Part shown: positions 18,106 to 28,403 of the stretch, one piece after another
How positions within the stretch are numbered: position 1 is the first letter of the stretch
Layout: each line of letters starts with the position of its first letter
From: a virus
Taxonomy: Duplodnaviria > Caudoviricetes
IMG/VR virus record: IMGVR_UViG_3300021255_004427
Span: 160,102-224,101 of that record
DNA length: 64,000 nucleotides
Direction: 5' to 3' (one strand)
Position numbers and translations under genes: made by a program
Notes under the pieces: generated by a model
What the model saw: only the letters and a program-made list of their open reading frames with translations
Database searches by the model: none
What the model was told of the DNA's origin: nothing

Positions 18106-18570
18106 TTATGCCGCACTCTTCCCTGTTTGCAATGACACTTTGTCCTGGCCATAATCAATATAGCCAATCTTTGGTCCAAGCTGATCCTGCCATGCTCTTA
18201 TGAATGAACGTGTCGCAACGAAGCTGGAGCCGATTCTTGCCGATGCCTGTCCAACAGTCAGCTTCTCACCCATAATAAGATCGTAGAGAATTTTCCACTT
18301 CTGCTCGCGAGATTTCTGTTCTGCTGCCAGTTTAGATTCGTTGAAGTCCGCTTTTGTGTCTACGAGGCGATATACCTTCTTAACATTATCTACGACCCAT
18401 CCTTTTGATTTGAATGTGCGCTGGATTTCTCCGCTTTTTAGCGGTTCGCCATCGTACGTAGCAATTTCGCCGGCACGACGTTTAAATTTCTTCGGGTTCT
18501 TTACTTCAGGATGGCGCTCGCACCAGTCCATTTCAGCCTTCTTAGTCCAAAAGTATGTTGTTGCTGCCAA
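18106..18570 (-). CDS. Hypothetical protein, possible C-terminal HTH
   Basis: GGAGG RBS; LTVGQASARIGSS HTH-like; TTGATT-17-TAAAAT promoter at 18658-18686. Confidence 0.6.
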   Translation of the reverse strand: MAATTYFWTKKAEMDWCERHPEVKNPKKFKRRAGEIATYDGEPLKSGEIQRTFKSKGWVVDNVKKVYRLVDTKADFNESKLAAEQKSREQKWKILYDLIMGEKLTVGQASARIGSSFVATRSFIRAWQDQLGPKIGYIDYGQDKVSLQTGKSAA

Positions 18571-18791
18571 TATTAAATTCCTCCAATCATAAACAATTGT
18601 ATGTGTATAATAAACTACTTACGAATAACAATGGGGTCTGCCCCACTTCTTAAATGTATTTTACTACTTACTTATCTAAAAATCAAGTATGTAGCGGAGT
18701 TTTCTTTAACTGTGTCATTGTATCACTGTTTACCCACAGTTAACCTATAAAAAATAAAGCCGCCCACGAGGGGCGACCACTGAAGATATTT

Positions 18792-21700
18792 TTATTGCAT
18801 GCAAAGCTGCATGACCTTATTGCTTGCTTCATTTGCCTTTTGCTGATATTCTTTGTACTGGGCATACTCTTGCGGCCTATTCTGCGCCGCCCACTGAATA
18901 ACCCATGTTTTGCCAGATGCGTTAGGATCGTTCTGAATTGCAGACTCCCAACCGGCGAATAGAGTATCTGCTTTTTTCGTGTAATCATCCATGATTTTTT
19001 CGTACTGTTTTATCTGAGCGCGCTTTTCTTTTTCAGCTGCTTCATTGAAAACAGGTTCAGGGTTAACACCCTTATTATTTGTCTTTTCTATCTGCTTACC
19101 TACAGATGTCTCTTTTGATACATTTATCGAGTTTAACAGCTTCCATACAGTTTTGGGGTCTACAAACGAGCCGTTTTTATCTTGCACGCGTAAAATGAAA
19201 TTATCATTGCACGTCGCGCAGATTTCCCCTTTGCTTATGTTTTGCTTGTTAGCGTCTTTGCTGAGTTTGTCTTCGCTAAGCCCTGCGAAGATGTATGTGT
19301 AACCAGAATGTCTGCTTGTCATCTTAATGTACTTGCCAATAGCCTCATCAGATAATATTCCGGCTCCATCACAATCTTCTGGTGCATGAACACTAATTTC
19401 CGCACTGCACTTGAATACCAACGCATTAGATACGACTCCTACGCCAGAACCAGCATTTGCAACGCCAAAATCTTGAATCCAGTATACGTTATTCAAATCT
19501 TTTGTTGGTATTGGGAAATCCATACCTTCTTCTTGATTTGCAAGCTGTGACAATCCAGTATTTGCAGCATCGATAATCTGGTAGGCCTGAACGACAGCTG
19601 GGAAAAATTCCGGATCGCTGCTCGCCTCTTCGAGGGCTTTTCTCCATTCCCAGTTATACATGCGGGTACTGTTATTGTTCCCGTTGCTACTGTTACTACT
19701 GTCGTCATTGTTCATGGGGGCGCTCATAAGTTTAGCCAGCCCATCGCTCCATTTTTTATATGCCGTAACAGGCGCAATGGAATTCCCATTAAAGGTATAT
19801 TGCTCTGAGAGCTTTTTTAGCTCTTTAACGCCGGCCTCTATCTGTCCTTCTATTGCGCCGCTATTCGTACCGAATAATCCTTGGGCGGGGTCACCATTAC
19901 TGATAACCGCAATAACTGCCATCGCGAGAAGTGGGTCGATTTTATTTTCGCCGGCAATACGTTGAAGCGTTTGCTCATATCCATTGAGCTTCAGATTTTT
20001 AACAGCTTCTTCCGCCCTTGCCTTACCATTGGATAAACCTGCAGATATTGATTCTTTTGCTTTTGGCCACCAAATCTTCATCTCTTGCTTCTTTTTATCA
20101 CCAGTAGTATTTGAAGAACTGTTATTGCCAGTTCCACTATTGTCTTTTGGGTCGTATTTCCCAGCAAGAACATCATCCATGAACTGCTTGTGTCCATCAA
20201 TAGATGATTTATAATCACCTGGATTAATAGAAACTGTAGGTGTAAGACCGGATGAGCCTGGTCCATTTGCCAGCTGGTAAGAGGATAACTTTTCCGGAGA
20301 TTTGTCATCGGAATTAATATCCTGCCGCCAGTTAATCTGCGGCTTTTGCTGCTCTACCGGAGTGAGCTTCCATCCCATCTTGACACCATCATCCCACTGA
20401 TCTTTAAATGGACGTTCGTTCTGGTCTCTCGTGCTAGTAGTCTTATAGTTAAGCTGATAATCCAGTTTTTTATCATGCATTTGTTCGATGCGCAGGAAGT
20501 TTATGTAGTCTTCCATATTCATCATACCAGCCTGAATATCGTCCTGAATATTGGCAAGGTTGGCGCCGACCTCATTAAGAATATCGTATGTGGCTCCAAT
20601 GATAGGCTCGTAACGCGAACAGGAAAGGCATTGATCAAGCTGCATAACTTGCCCATCTTCCAGAAGATTATCTTTTAAACACCGGATACATACGTATTTG
20701 GAGCGATGGTCTGTTCCTCCCCAATAGACACAATTGACGTGCATTCTCTTACCAATTGCAAAAGTGTATCTGAGTACGGTCGACAACACGTTTTCTAACT
20801 TAACAAGGCGCTTCTCGGTAAAATCTGATAATGTCAATATTGCCGAGGCGAGTTCTTTTGTTTCCATGTGATCTCTCGTATATGGAAGTCTGTACTGTTT
20901 TACTCGAGGCGCGTGGTTTTCCAATTCTTCTATTTTAAGATCGACGGGGAATGGGTCATTATTATTTAACGGTTTTCCTGCGCTGGGCACTTTGACCTCG
21001 CTAATGGAATTTTGTGGATCAAACGGTCTTTGCGCAAGTTTTTGTGCCTGATCTGTTGTAAACGCATTACCATTAATCCCCATTAAGTCCTGCATGGTTT
21101 GACTGGTCATAATACCGTAGTCGCCAGTCTGGTCCATATTATTCATACCATTAACGGCAGTGGTTTCTACAACAGTGTTAGGGATATTCCCCTGCACGTA
21201 AACAAAGTCTGGATAAACCGGTTCGCAGTACGTTTTTCCTTTTGGATTAATCTCCACCCAGCCAACATGATCGGCTATGTTATTATTTGCCGGCCCGAGG
21301 GCTTTATTCATTGCTCCGCCCGCAGGATTTGTGCCGCCTTCAGCCTGAGACTGTGCATTGAAGTTTGGCTTGATGCCATCATGGGAGGTTGTCGGTATCC
21401 ACCAATCGCATACGCCGCCGTCTGCAAGTACGGTTTCCAAATCCCAATGGTAATCATCACCATTTTTATTGCGTGAGCCTCCCTGGTTTGGGTCATTAAT
21501 TATAAGCCCCTGGTTATCCAGCTTTGCATAAACAATATAATGGCCGCCGCCAGTAAAGAGTCCATCACCATGGGCTGCAATAACAGGAAATCCTGCTTTC
21601 AATGCTTCTCTTACAGGGGCCGGATCATTTACATATTTGAATTCTACGCCGTATGACGGGCCTCTGTCCTGAAATGCGGTATGGTCTGTGCCCTGTCCTA

Positions 21701-21971
21701 ACACTCTATGGCCAGACTGAACAAAATCATCTGCAACCATGTCCGGCGTTACGTTTTTCCCGTACCATGCACATACCATAGCAAAGGAGGTTGGGCCGCA
21801 GCCGGAAGTACAAACTGTAGACCCATCACTACCATAAGGATGGTCCGCCCAGCGTTTATCCCACTGATGGTACAGGGGAACTCCCGACGAATTTCCCTGT
21901 GAACTAGGGGCATTGGTGTTTTGCTTATTGTCTTCTGGCTTGGTAGATGTATTATTATTCGTATCCGGCAA
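18792..21971 (-). CDS. Multidomain cell-wall-hydrolase-like protein: peptidase C39-like + degenerate SLT-like + degenerate M23-like
   Basis: YHQWDKRW..SGCGPTSFAMV..GHYIV..INDP; IDPLLAMAVIAVISNG; SVHAPEDC..IGKYIKM..YTYIFAGLS..VDPK. Confidence 0.75.
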   Translation of the reverse strand: MPDTNNNTSTKPEDNKQNTNAPSSQGNSSGVPLYHQWDKRWADHPYGSDGSTVCTSGCGPTSFAMVCAWYGKNVTPDMVADDFVQSGHRVLGQGTDHTAFQDRGPSYGVEFKYVNDPAPVREALKAGFPVIAAHGDGLFTGGGHYIVYAKLDNQGLIINDPNQGGSRNKNGDDYHWDLETVLADGGVCDWWIPTTSHDGIKPNFNAQSQAEGGTNPAGGAMNKALGPANNNIADHVGWVEINPKGKTYCEPVYPDFVYVQGNIPNTVVETTAVNGMNNMDQTGDYGIMTSQTMQDLMGINGNAFTTDQAQKLAQRPFDPQNSISEVKVPSAGKPLNNNDPFPVDLKIEELENHAPRVKQYRLPYTRDHMETKELASAILTLSDFTEKRLVKLENVLSTVLRYTFAIGKRMHVNCVYWGGTDHRSKYVCIRCLKDNLLEDGQVMQLDQCLSCSRYEPIIGATYDILNEVGANLANIQDDIQAGMMNMEDYINFLRIEQMHDKKLDYQLNYKTTSTRDQNERPFKDQWDDGVKMGWKLTPVEQQKPQINWRQDINSDDKSPEKLSSYQLANGPGSSGLTPTVSINPGDYKSSIDGHKQFMDDVLAGKYDPKDNSGTGNNSSSNTTGDKKKQEMKIWWPKAKESISAGLSNGKARAEEAVKNLKLNGYEQTLQRIAGENKIDPLLAMAVIAVISNGDPAQGLFGTNSGAIEGQIEAGVKELKKLSEQYTFNGNSIAPVTAYKKWSDGLAKLMSAPMNNDDSSNSSNGNNNSTRMYNWEWRKALEEASSDPEFFPAVVQAYQIIDAANTGLSQLANQEEGMDFPIPTKDLNNVYWIQDFGVANAGSGVGVVSNALVFKCSAEISVHAPEDCDGAGILSDEAIGKYIKMTSRHSGYTYIFAGLSEDKLSKDANKQNISKGEICATCNDNFILRVQDKNGSFVDPKTVWKLLNSINVSKETSVGKQIEKTNNKGVNPEPVFNEAAEKEKRAQIKQYEKIMDDYTKKADTLFAGWESAIQNDPNASGKTWVIQWAAQNRPQEYAQYKEYQQKANEASNKVMQLCMQ

Positions 21972-22259
21972 TTAAAACGCCTCCTCAATCTCACGGTCAA
22001 GGAGTGTTTCTGCCTGATAAGAACGGGTTGCCTCTCTCATAGCTTCTTCATATTCGCGCTGGCTTTCCATTTTCTCCAAGTGGGAATAATCCCATTCCGC
22101 CCGCCGCTTAGCTTCTTTCATTTCTTTATATGTCTTTCTTGATACAACCAGACCATCCGTATCATCACGATAATAGAACTGACCATACGTGATATACTCA
22201 CCTGTAATATGGTCACGTTCCCAAGTAAATGGCTGATCAACCTGATAAAGTCTTAGCAT
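21972..22259 (-). CDS. Hypothetical protein coupled to the 1059-aa gene
   Basis: RBS AAAGGA; stop abuts the next start. Confidence 0.7.
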   Translation of the reverse strand: MLRLYQVDQPFTWERDHITGEYITYGQFYYRDDTDGLVVSRKTYKEMKEAKRRAEWDYSHLEKMESQREYEEAMREATRSYQAETLLDREIEEAF

Positions 22260-22393
22260 GCGTTATTATCCTTTCTCTAGCTACGAATTTTAGAGGCTGC
22301 TAAAAGTCTCCAGAATTTGCTTGTGTCTTACGTACGTTCCGGTATTACGCCGCCCGCACAAGTAGGACACAAGCAAACAAGCAGATTTTTAGG

Positions 22394-23599
22394 TTAGGAT
22401 GCCTTAAAATTATAAACGGGTTTAATAATCTCTAAAATATCCGCGGTATCCTTTACATCTTCCAGGATGTTATCGATACTTTTATAAGCCATAGGAGCTT
22501 CATCCAATGTGCCCTCATTTACAGATGTCGTATAGATGCCGTTATTCTCCATGGTCTTTTTATACTCGTCCATACTGAGTTTTTCGCGGGCGGCCTTACG
22601 TGACATTATACGGCCAGCGCCATGCGGTGCAGAATAGTTCCACTCCTCAACACCTTTGCCTATGCCGATAATGCAGCCATCCCGCATATTCATCGGGATA
22701 AGGACCTTTTCTCCCTTGCGGGCCGAAATTGCGCCTTTACGGAGTATCATCTCATCCACGTTGATATAGTTGTGGATTGTGGAGAACTGCTCCTCTACAG
22801 TATACCTGCAATGCTTCACAATGATTTCTGCCATCAGCTTGCGGCTCTCGTCAGCAAACTCCTGACAGATTACAATATCGTGCAAATAGTCATTCATATA
22901 CTCGCCGTAAAGATAGGCTAGGTCGTCAGGAATATCGGACTTATGTTTCTGCCAGGTGAGTTCCTTTAGTGCACCCTGAATCTCCTGACGCCGCCCCTGC
23001 TCTTTATACGTGCGAATGAGTTCGTCGCGGGCCTTGATGTATTCTTCCTTCCCTTGATGCAGTTCAATGGCAAGATTCTGATAGTATTCTGCCACCTGTT
23101 TGCCTAAATTACGGCTGCCGGAATGAATAATAAGATAGTATTCCCCAGAGGAACTTTTGTCCAGCTCTACGAAATGATTGCCTCCTCCCAGTGTACCTAG
23201 ACTTCTTTCCAGACGTTTAGTGTCCCGCAGATTACGGAAGCACTTGAGTCGGGTCAGGTCAAATCGCTTCTGCCTGCCGTCCCAGACATTAAATCCGGAC
23301 GGAATGTAATGACAGGCTTCGTCCAGTGTTGAGAAGTCAATGATTTTATCCTTGAGCTTGCTGGTAAGCATTCCACAGCCGATGTCTACTCCAACTAAAT
23401 TAGCACAAACCTTGTCCGTAATGGTCATGGTCGTTCCAATTGTGCAGCCAGCCCCGGCATGAACATCCGGCATGATGCGTATTTTGCTGCCGCGAGTAAG
23501 CTCGTAATCACACATGCGTTTTATCTGTTCTCTTGCCTCATCCTCAATAATGGATGCGTAAGAGACAGCTTCGCCAATTTTACCCTTAATAAGTTCCAA
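22394..23599 (-). CDS. rtcB: RtcB-family RNA ligase
   Basis: MPDVHAG, VGVDIGCG, LGTLGGGNHFVE, IHSGSR, HNY, SAPHGAGR, DEAPMAYK. Confidence 0.95.
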   Translation of the reverse strand: MELIKGKIGEAVSYASIIEDEAREQIKRMCDYELTRGSKIRIMPDVHAGAGCTIGTTMTITDKVCANLVGVDIGCGMLTSKLKDKIIDFSTLDEACHYIPSGFNVWDGRQKRFDLTRLKCFRNLRDTKRLERSLGTLGGGNHFVELDKSSSGEYYLIIHSGSRNLGKQVAEYYQNLAIELHQGKEEYIKARDELIRTYKEQGRRQEIQGALKELTWQKHKSDIPDDLAYLYGEYMNDYLHDIVICQEFADESRKLMAEIIVKHCRYTVEEQFSTIHNYINVDEMILRKGAISARKGEKVLIPMNMRDGCIIGIGKGVEEWNYSAPHGAGRIMSRKAAREKLSMDEYKKTMENNGIYTTSVNEGTLDEAPMAYKSIDNILEDVKDTADILEIIKPVYNFKAS

Positions 23600-23692
23600 G
23601 ATAAATCCCTCCTGCTGAAAATATGGTTAAAGCCCTCTAGCATCCGCCCGCATTGCTGCAGGCGGATATACAAAGCTTTAACAGCCTTATGG

Positions 23693-26600
23693 TCAAGCGA
23701 TGAGAGATACGCAGTTGTCGACAGGAATCTGCACAAACTGGAGCTTGGGGCGTTCGCTAAACTGCAAACGCTTTTCTGCCAGCTTAAGAATCTTGTCCTT
23801 TGCTACTTCCGTCCCATCTTTAGGAGAATTCCCTGCTTCAGAATCCTTGGTAAGGCTGAAGTTATTGGTATCTACCTTGATATGCTCGTTATTCACGATA
23901 CTCTTGGCGATCTTCATTGTGATATCTGTATCCTCGGTCATGGACTGCAGTGCAGATTCGGAGAAGTCGCCTTCGATAGACTTGGATGCCGTAAGCTTCT
24001 GACTGATGGCGCCCAGGATGTCCTCCTGAACCGAATTCTCATAGTACATGAAGTATACGGATACGGGATGTTCCTGATTGATACGATTTGAACGCTGGGA
24101 AGCCTGACGGATTTTAGTGAGTTCCGTGCCGGTTTCATAGAAGATAATCGTCGTGTAATCCAAAAGATTTACACCGACATCCACTTCAGCCGGGTTCATA
24201 ATAACCGCATCTACCTCACCTTCTTTGGCGAGATTGGTTAACCACTTCTGACGTTTTGCCGGAGCCATCTTCGGCATGACAATGGCGTTAACATCATTAT
24301 CACGAAGAAGTTCGGATAAACGAGAGGCAATATTAAGCGACTGGGAAAACTCAACATAGATGAGCATCTTCTCGCCTTCATCCTTATGCTTCTTGGCAAT
24401 GCGGATAAGTTCAGTCTCTTTATTGCGGATTGTCTTATCCGAGAGTTCTATGGACTCACCGTTATCAACACGGCGAGTATCAAGGCCGAACGGCTGGTCA
24501 AGGAACATATTCGCGGTAAGAACAGCGTGTTTTACTGCCCGGCGCGTCTGATTGCGCACACCGCCGTTTGCGGTAGTCACCAATTCGCTTACTCTTTCCA
24601 GGATAGAATTATAAGCCGTGGCCAGCTCGTCATCCATCTTGACGCCAACCGGTGTTTCCGTATACTCGCAAAGGTCTTCGCGGATATCTTCCTTCTTAAC
24701 AGCTACAAGATTATTGATGAGGAAGTCCGCAACAAGTACCTGGGAAATCCCCGGCAATTCTTTGCGCTCCTTTTTCTTTCTTATGCCGTTAAGAGACTGC
24801 CGCCCGCGACTATCCGTAAACAGTGTCCCTGTATGAATTTCCTTGCGTTCGACAACGCCATAATCGTTATTGAACTTCGTGATATCGTCATGAGTGTATC
24901 CACGTTCGAGCATCTTCTTTGTCTGAGTACGGAAAAGCAAGTGGAACAAACCTTTGGCATAACCATTGGAAAGTGTACCGGTCAGACAAATCGTCTTCCA
25001 ACAAGCGCCGATAACCGTACCAAATGCTTCGCCGCGCTTCGAGTCAGAAGCAAGCTGATGCACTTCATCGCAAATAAGATAATCAAAGCAATGGTTCATG
25101 TGCTTGCGGATATAATGCGCAATAGAGTAACGGCGCGGATAAATACTGGAGGAGCCGTGCGCTTCATAATCCAGAATAGCCTTGAGCTGTTTATTAAGTG
25201 TACTGCTCCAGGTGCGTGGCGCGTGTTCATCGATGTTTGCCTGTGCCATCTCGAGCTCTTCTTTGTAAGAAGCGATATTCTTACGCTGAATCCAGCCGAG
25301 CCCTTGAACATTCACCCAATTCATTTCACTTACCCAGCCGTTTTTGGCAATAATGCTTTCCGGCTCTTCTTTAACGCGACGCGCCACAGTCCACAGATGA
25401 GCTCCGCAGCCACTTGCCACCAATCCTCTTTCATTGATAACTCTGACGCATTTAGCGTTGTTATTGTTTTTGGAAAAGAAGTCGCGATGACTGGAAAGAT
25501 CACTTGCTTCGGCATTACCGCCATTAAGCGTACGCTTTTCGGTTGTTATGATCGGGCGGCCACAATGCGGACATACATAACATTTACGATAGTTATCCCA
25601 AACAACACCAGGGCGCTCTTCGTAGCTGCTTTTAATCGTGTTTTCCGACATTACGATCCAGAGCGGGCGGAGACGCAATGGGCTCTTGATAAACTTTGTT
25701 GCCTCTAAAAATTCTTTGAGATCGGATACGACGCGGACGTCGGCCAGCGGGTTTAAACCATGAATAGTTTCGACCCATTCCGGAATAGTTTTTGACGGAA
25801 CCATCACTAGAGCAGAATAATTAGCCTTACGTGCATGGGAAGATACTACGCCAATGGCCATAGTGGTTTTTCCCGATCCGGTCTGCCCGGAGATAATAAC
25901 ATTATCCTGAGTATCCAGACTGGTTACTGCAGACTGGATAACTTCCTTCTGCACGCGATACGGCACAAAGTCTTTGGAATAATACGTTGCTACTTCAAAG
26001 AAGTCATCGACCTTCTTGCTGAACTTCATTGTGTTGGGGTCAAACAACGGCTTAAATTCCTCCTGTGCACGGTTAGCCAGTGTCTGGCCAAAGGCTTCTT
26101 GATAAGAATCAATACCCGTTACCTTGAGAAGTTCCGGGCTGGAAGAGTTGCAGCCGTCTATGGAAATCAAACCGCTCTTCAAACCATCAGTAATCCATGA
26201 GCGAATATCATGTTCGCGAATCTGATATGCAATGATGGTGCGGAAACCATAATGATTGAATACATCTTCCTGCATATTAAAGCTGGAAGAATAAAACATG
26301 CTATGGTTGCGAAGAGATTCCCTTGCGATATACTCAGACCATTCCTTAAGTACAGGGATGGTTGTATTATCTACGATAGCTTCATATATGGCATCAGATA
26401 CGCTCTGGGGGATAATATCCGGCGTATAAACGCTTTCGATATTGAAATCGGATCTGGAGAATGTATTGTAGATTGCTGCTACACCGCTCATGCCCTCCAG
26501 AGCTTTCTTACGGGAAAATACGAGATGAACGAAACCATCACGGCCCTTGTAGGATTGAACGTCCATAACGTGTTTATCAAAACCAATGCGGGGACCGTTA

Positions 26601-26854
26601 CTTCTGATAACCAAATACCGGTAAGCATTAAAAGCATGAGATACGGTTTTCGCATCGGCACCTCGGAGCAAAACCGAGAAAAACATCAGGCTTTCAAACT
26701 GACGGCAAACACTAATAGCGTCCGAATAGCCGTTAATGATAATAGGGTCTCCTCCTCTATCACTAGCTAAAGAAATACTGCAAGATGTTAACATATTCGA
26801 TATCCATCCTTTCCTTTTTGCCGCCAATTTGACCAAGCGGCTTTTAACTGGCAA
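23693..26854 (-). CDS. Large SF2 (SNF2-like) helicase with zinc-ribbon insert
   Basis: GQTGSGKT, CPHCG, CDEVHQ, LTGT, VDVGVNLL, RQASQRSNRINQ. Confidence 0.85.
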   Translation of the reverse strand: MPVKSRLVKLAAKRKGWISNMLTSCSISLASDRGGDPIIINGYSDAISVCRQFESLMFFSVLLRGADAKTVSHAFNAYRYLVIRSNGPRIGFDKHVMDVQSYKGRDGFVHLVFSRKKALEGMSGVAAIYNTFSRSDFNIESVYTPDIIPQSVSDAIYEAIVDNTTIPVLKEWSEYIARESLRNHSMFYSSSFNMQEDVFNHYGFRTIIAYQIREHDIRSWITDGLKSGLISIDGCNSSSPELLKVTGIDSYQEAFGQTLANRAQEEFKPLFDPNTMKFSKKVDDFFEVATYYSKDFVPYRVQKEVIQSAVTSLDTQDNVIISGQTGSGKTTMAIGVVSSHARKANYSALVMVPSKTIPEWVETIHGLNPLADVRVVSDLKEFLEATKFIKSPLRLRPLWIVMSENTIKSSYEERPGVVWDNYRKCYVCPHCGRPIITTEKRTLNGGNAEASDLSSHRDFFSKNNNNAKCVRVINERGLVASGCGAHLWTVARRVKEEPESIIAKNGWVSEMNWVNVQGLGWIQRKNIASYKEELEMAQANIDEHAPRTWSSTLNKQLKAILDYEAHGSSSIYPRRYSIAHYIRKHMNHCFDYLICDEVHQLASDSKRGEAFGTVIGACWKTICLTGTLSNGYAKGLFHLLFRTQTKKMLERGYTHDDITKFNNDYGVVERKEIHTGTLFTDSRGRQSLNGIRKKKERKELPGISQVLVADFLINNLVAVKKEDIREDLCEYTETPVGVKMDDELATAYNSILERVSELVTTANGGVRNQTRRAVKHAVLTANMFLDQPFGLDTRRVDNGESIELSDKTIRNKETELIRIAKKHKDEGEKMLIYVEFSQSLNIASRLSELLRDNDVNAIVMPKMAPAKRQKWLTNLAKEGEVDAVIMNPAEVDVGVNLLDYTTIIFYETGTELTKIRQASQRSNRINQEHPVSVYFMYYENSVQEDILGAISQKLTASKSIEGDFSESALQSMTEDTDITMKIAKSIVNNEHIKVDTNNFSLTKDSEAGNSPKDGTEVAKDKILKLAEKRLQFSERPKLQFVQIPVDNCVSLIA

Positions 26855-28343
26855 CGGCTATACTTTTATACACGCCGTCTCCAGAGAAAACATTTATTTC
26901 GATAAGATTATTCTCAATAGTTGTGGTCGTTTCCGTAGCGTTATCCGGGTCGGAATAATCGTTCTGCACGGTGCTCACATGCCCCTTATACACCCGCCCG
27001 CGGATAACATGCTTATGGCCATTTCCTTCGTCGATAATTCCGTCCAGTTTTCCGGAAGCAATCATCTGGCCAATCTGCCCCTTCTTCAATGGGAGCAATG
27101 GTTTAATCTTTGTCTTTGGCGGAGTTTTATAGACTCCGTGAATATTGGATTCACTGAGCACGATTTCCAAAATGGCCTTATCCATCATGCTGCCCGTAAC
27201 GAGATGAAGCTCCCCTTTGTCATTCGACGGGATGGTTTTTATCGCTTCGGCGATCATATCGTCCGTAATCTCTTCTACGGGTTTGATGTTCATAAGGGCT
27301 TTGAAGTTTTCTTCCCGCTCTTCCTCTGTCATGTTCTGCGTATATCGCAGGGCCACCAAGGTATACTGTGCTTTAAAAACAGGGTCGGGTAACTTCAGGC
27401 TCCATAAGAATTTGTGCGTAGAACGCAAGGCCAGAATCTCTTTGGACCGCCACATAAAATCAGGGACCAACGCGAGAATAAGCCCGCCTTCTCGCATATA
27501 TTTACCAATGCGGGACATATCCTTGTTGAAGTCACTGGGTTTTACTACTTCTGTCGTGCGGGATTCATCGTGATAGCATAACTTCTCAGTAAAACGGTGC
27601 ACAGCAATATCCAGAGAATGGTTGGAAAAACGGAAGGATTCTGTCGGGCCGATAGCAACCTTAGTAAAACACTTGCGTACATCCAGGTCAATTCGATCCC
27701 CTTCATTGCTGTGATACGTAGCATACAGCCGTTGCGGTACTGCGCCTTCTTCTGAGGTTTCCATCCCTTTAATCTCTTTGGATAAGCCGACCATATACTC
27801 AATGTTCGACAATAGAATGTTATGTGTGCGCTGGCCAATAACTTTCTTTATAACAGACTTGATAATATCCTTACCGGCATCATGTCCAAAACGAGGCTCG
27901 TCTTCATGTTTGTAGTTCGGGCAGAGGTAAACCCGGCACTGCATAAAATCACGAGATTCTTCTTTGTCATTGCGAGAATTGCGGCGTATCTGGTAGGTGA
28001 TATCATCTTCTTTTTCCGCAACAGTATCCATGAACGATTTGAACATGTCCAGAACAAAATCGTCCATTTCCTTGAGTTTCTTTAAATCGCAAATACTCTT
28101 CGCGCCTTTAATTAGGCGATTCGCAAGCCCCTCAAGCGTTGCCACATCTTCGCTGACAGAATATAAACACTTGATTTCATCCATGGCTTTGGATATGTCG
28201 TGTTCCTGCAGCAATATGTCTTTATATTTGCGGGCGGCAAGTTCTTCGTTGTTCGGTGCTTTAAGTACTGCTTTTACATCACTGATAACAATCTGCATTT
28301 TATCTGCCAAAATATGCCCCGCCGTAGATTCGTGGTAAGCCAA
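26844..28343 (-). CDS. DUF6094-like / degenerate SAM-methyltransferase-fold partner of the helicase
   Basis: YMREGGLILALVP; C-terminal PLLPLKKGQIGQMIASGKLDGII..HVIRG; overlaps the helicase start. Confidence 0.6.
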   Translation of the reverse strand: MAYHESTAGHILADKMQIVISDVKAVLKAPNNEELAARKYKDILLQEHDISKAMDEIKCLYSVSEDVATLEGLANRLIKGAKSICDLKKLKEMDDFVLDMFKSFMDTVAEKEDDITYQIRRNSRNDKEESRDFMQCRVYLCPNYKHEDEPRFGHDAGKDIIKSVIKKVIGQRTHNILLSNIEYMVGLSKEIKGMETSEEGAVPQRLYATYHSNEGDRIDLDVRKCFTKVAIGPTESFRFSNHSLDIAVHRFTEKLCYHDESRTTEVVKPSDFNKDMSRIGKYMREGGLILALVPDFMWRSKEILALRSTHKFLWSLKLPDPVFKAQYTLVALRYTQNMTEEEREENFKALMNIKPVEEITDDMIAEAIKTIPSNDKGELHLVTGSMMDKAILEIVLSESNIHGVYKTPPKTKIKPLLPLKKGQIGQMIASGKLDGIIDEGNGHKHVIRGRVYKGHVSTVQNDYSDPDNATETTTTIENNLIEINVFSGDGVYKSIAVAS

Positions 28344-28403
28344 CTATATCACTCCTTTTACTTTCGATAATAATGGGCAGAAGACACCCTCTGCCCAGTT
28401 TTC

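Noticed and set aside
24386-25708. 440-aa + strand ORF
   Set aside because: Antisense to the helicase, which has clear motifs
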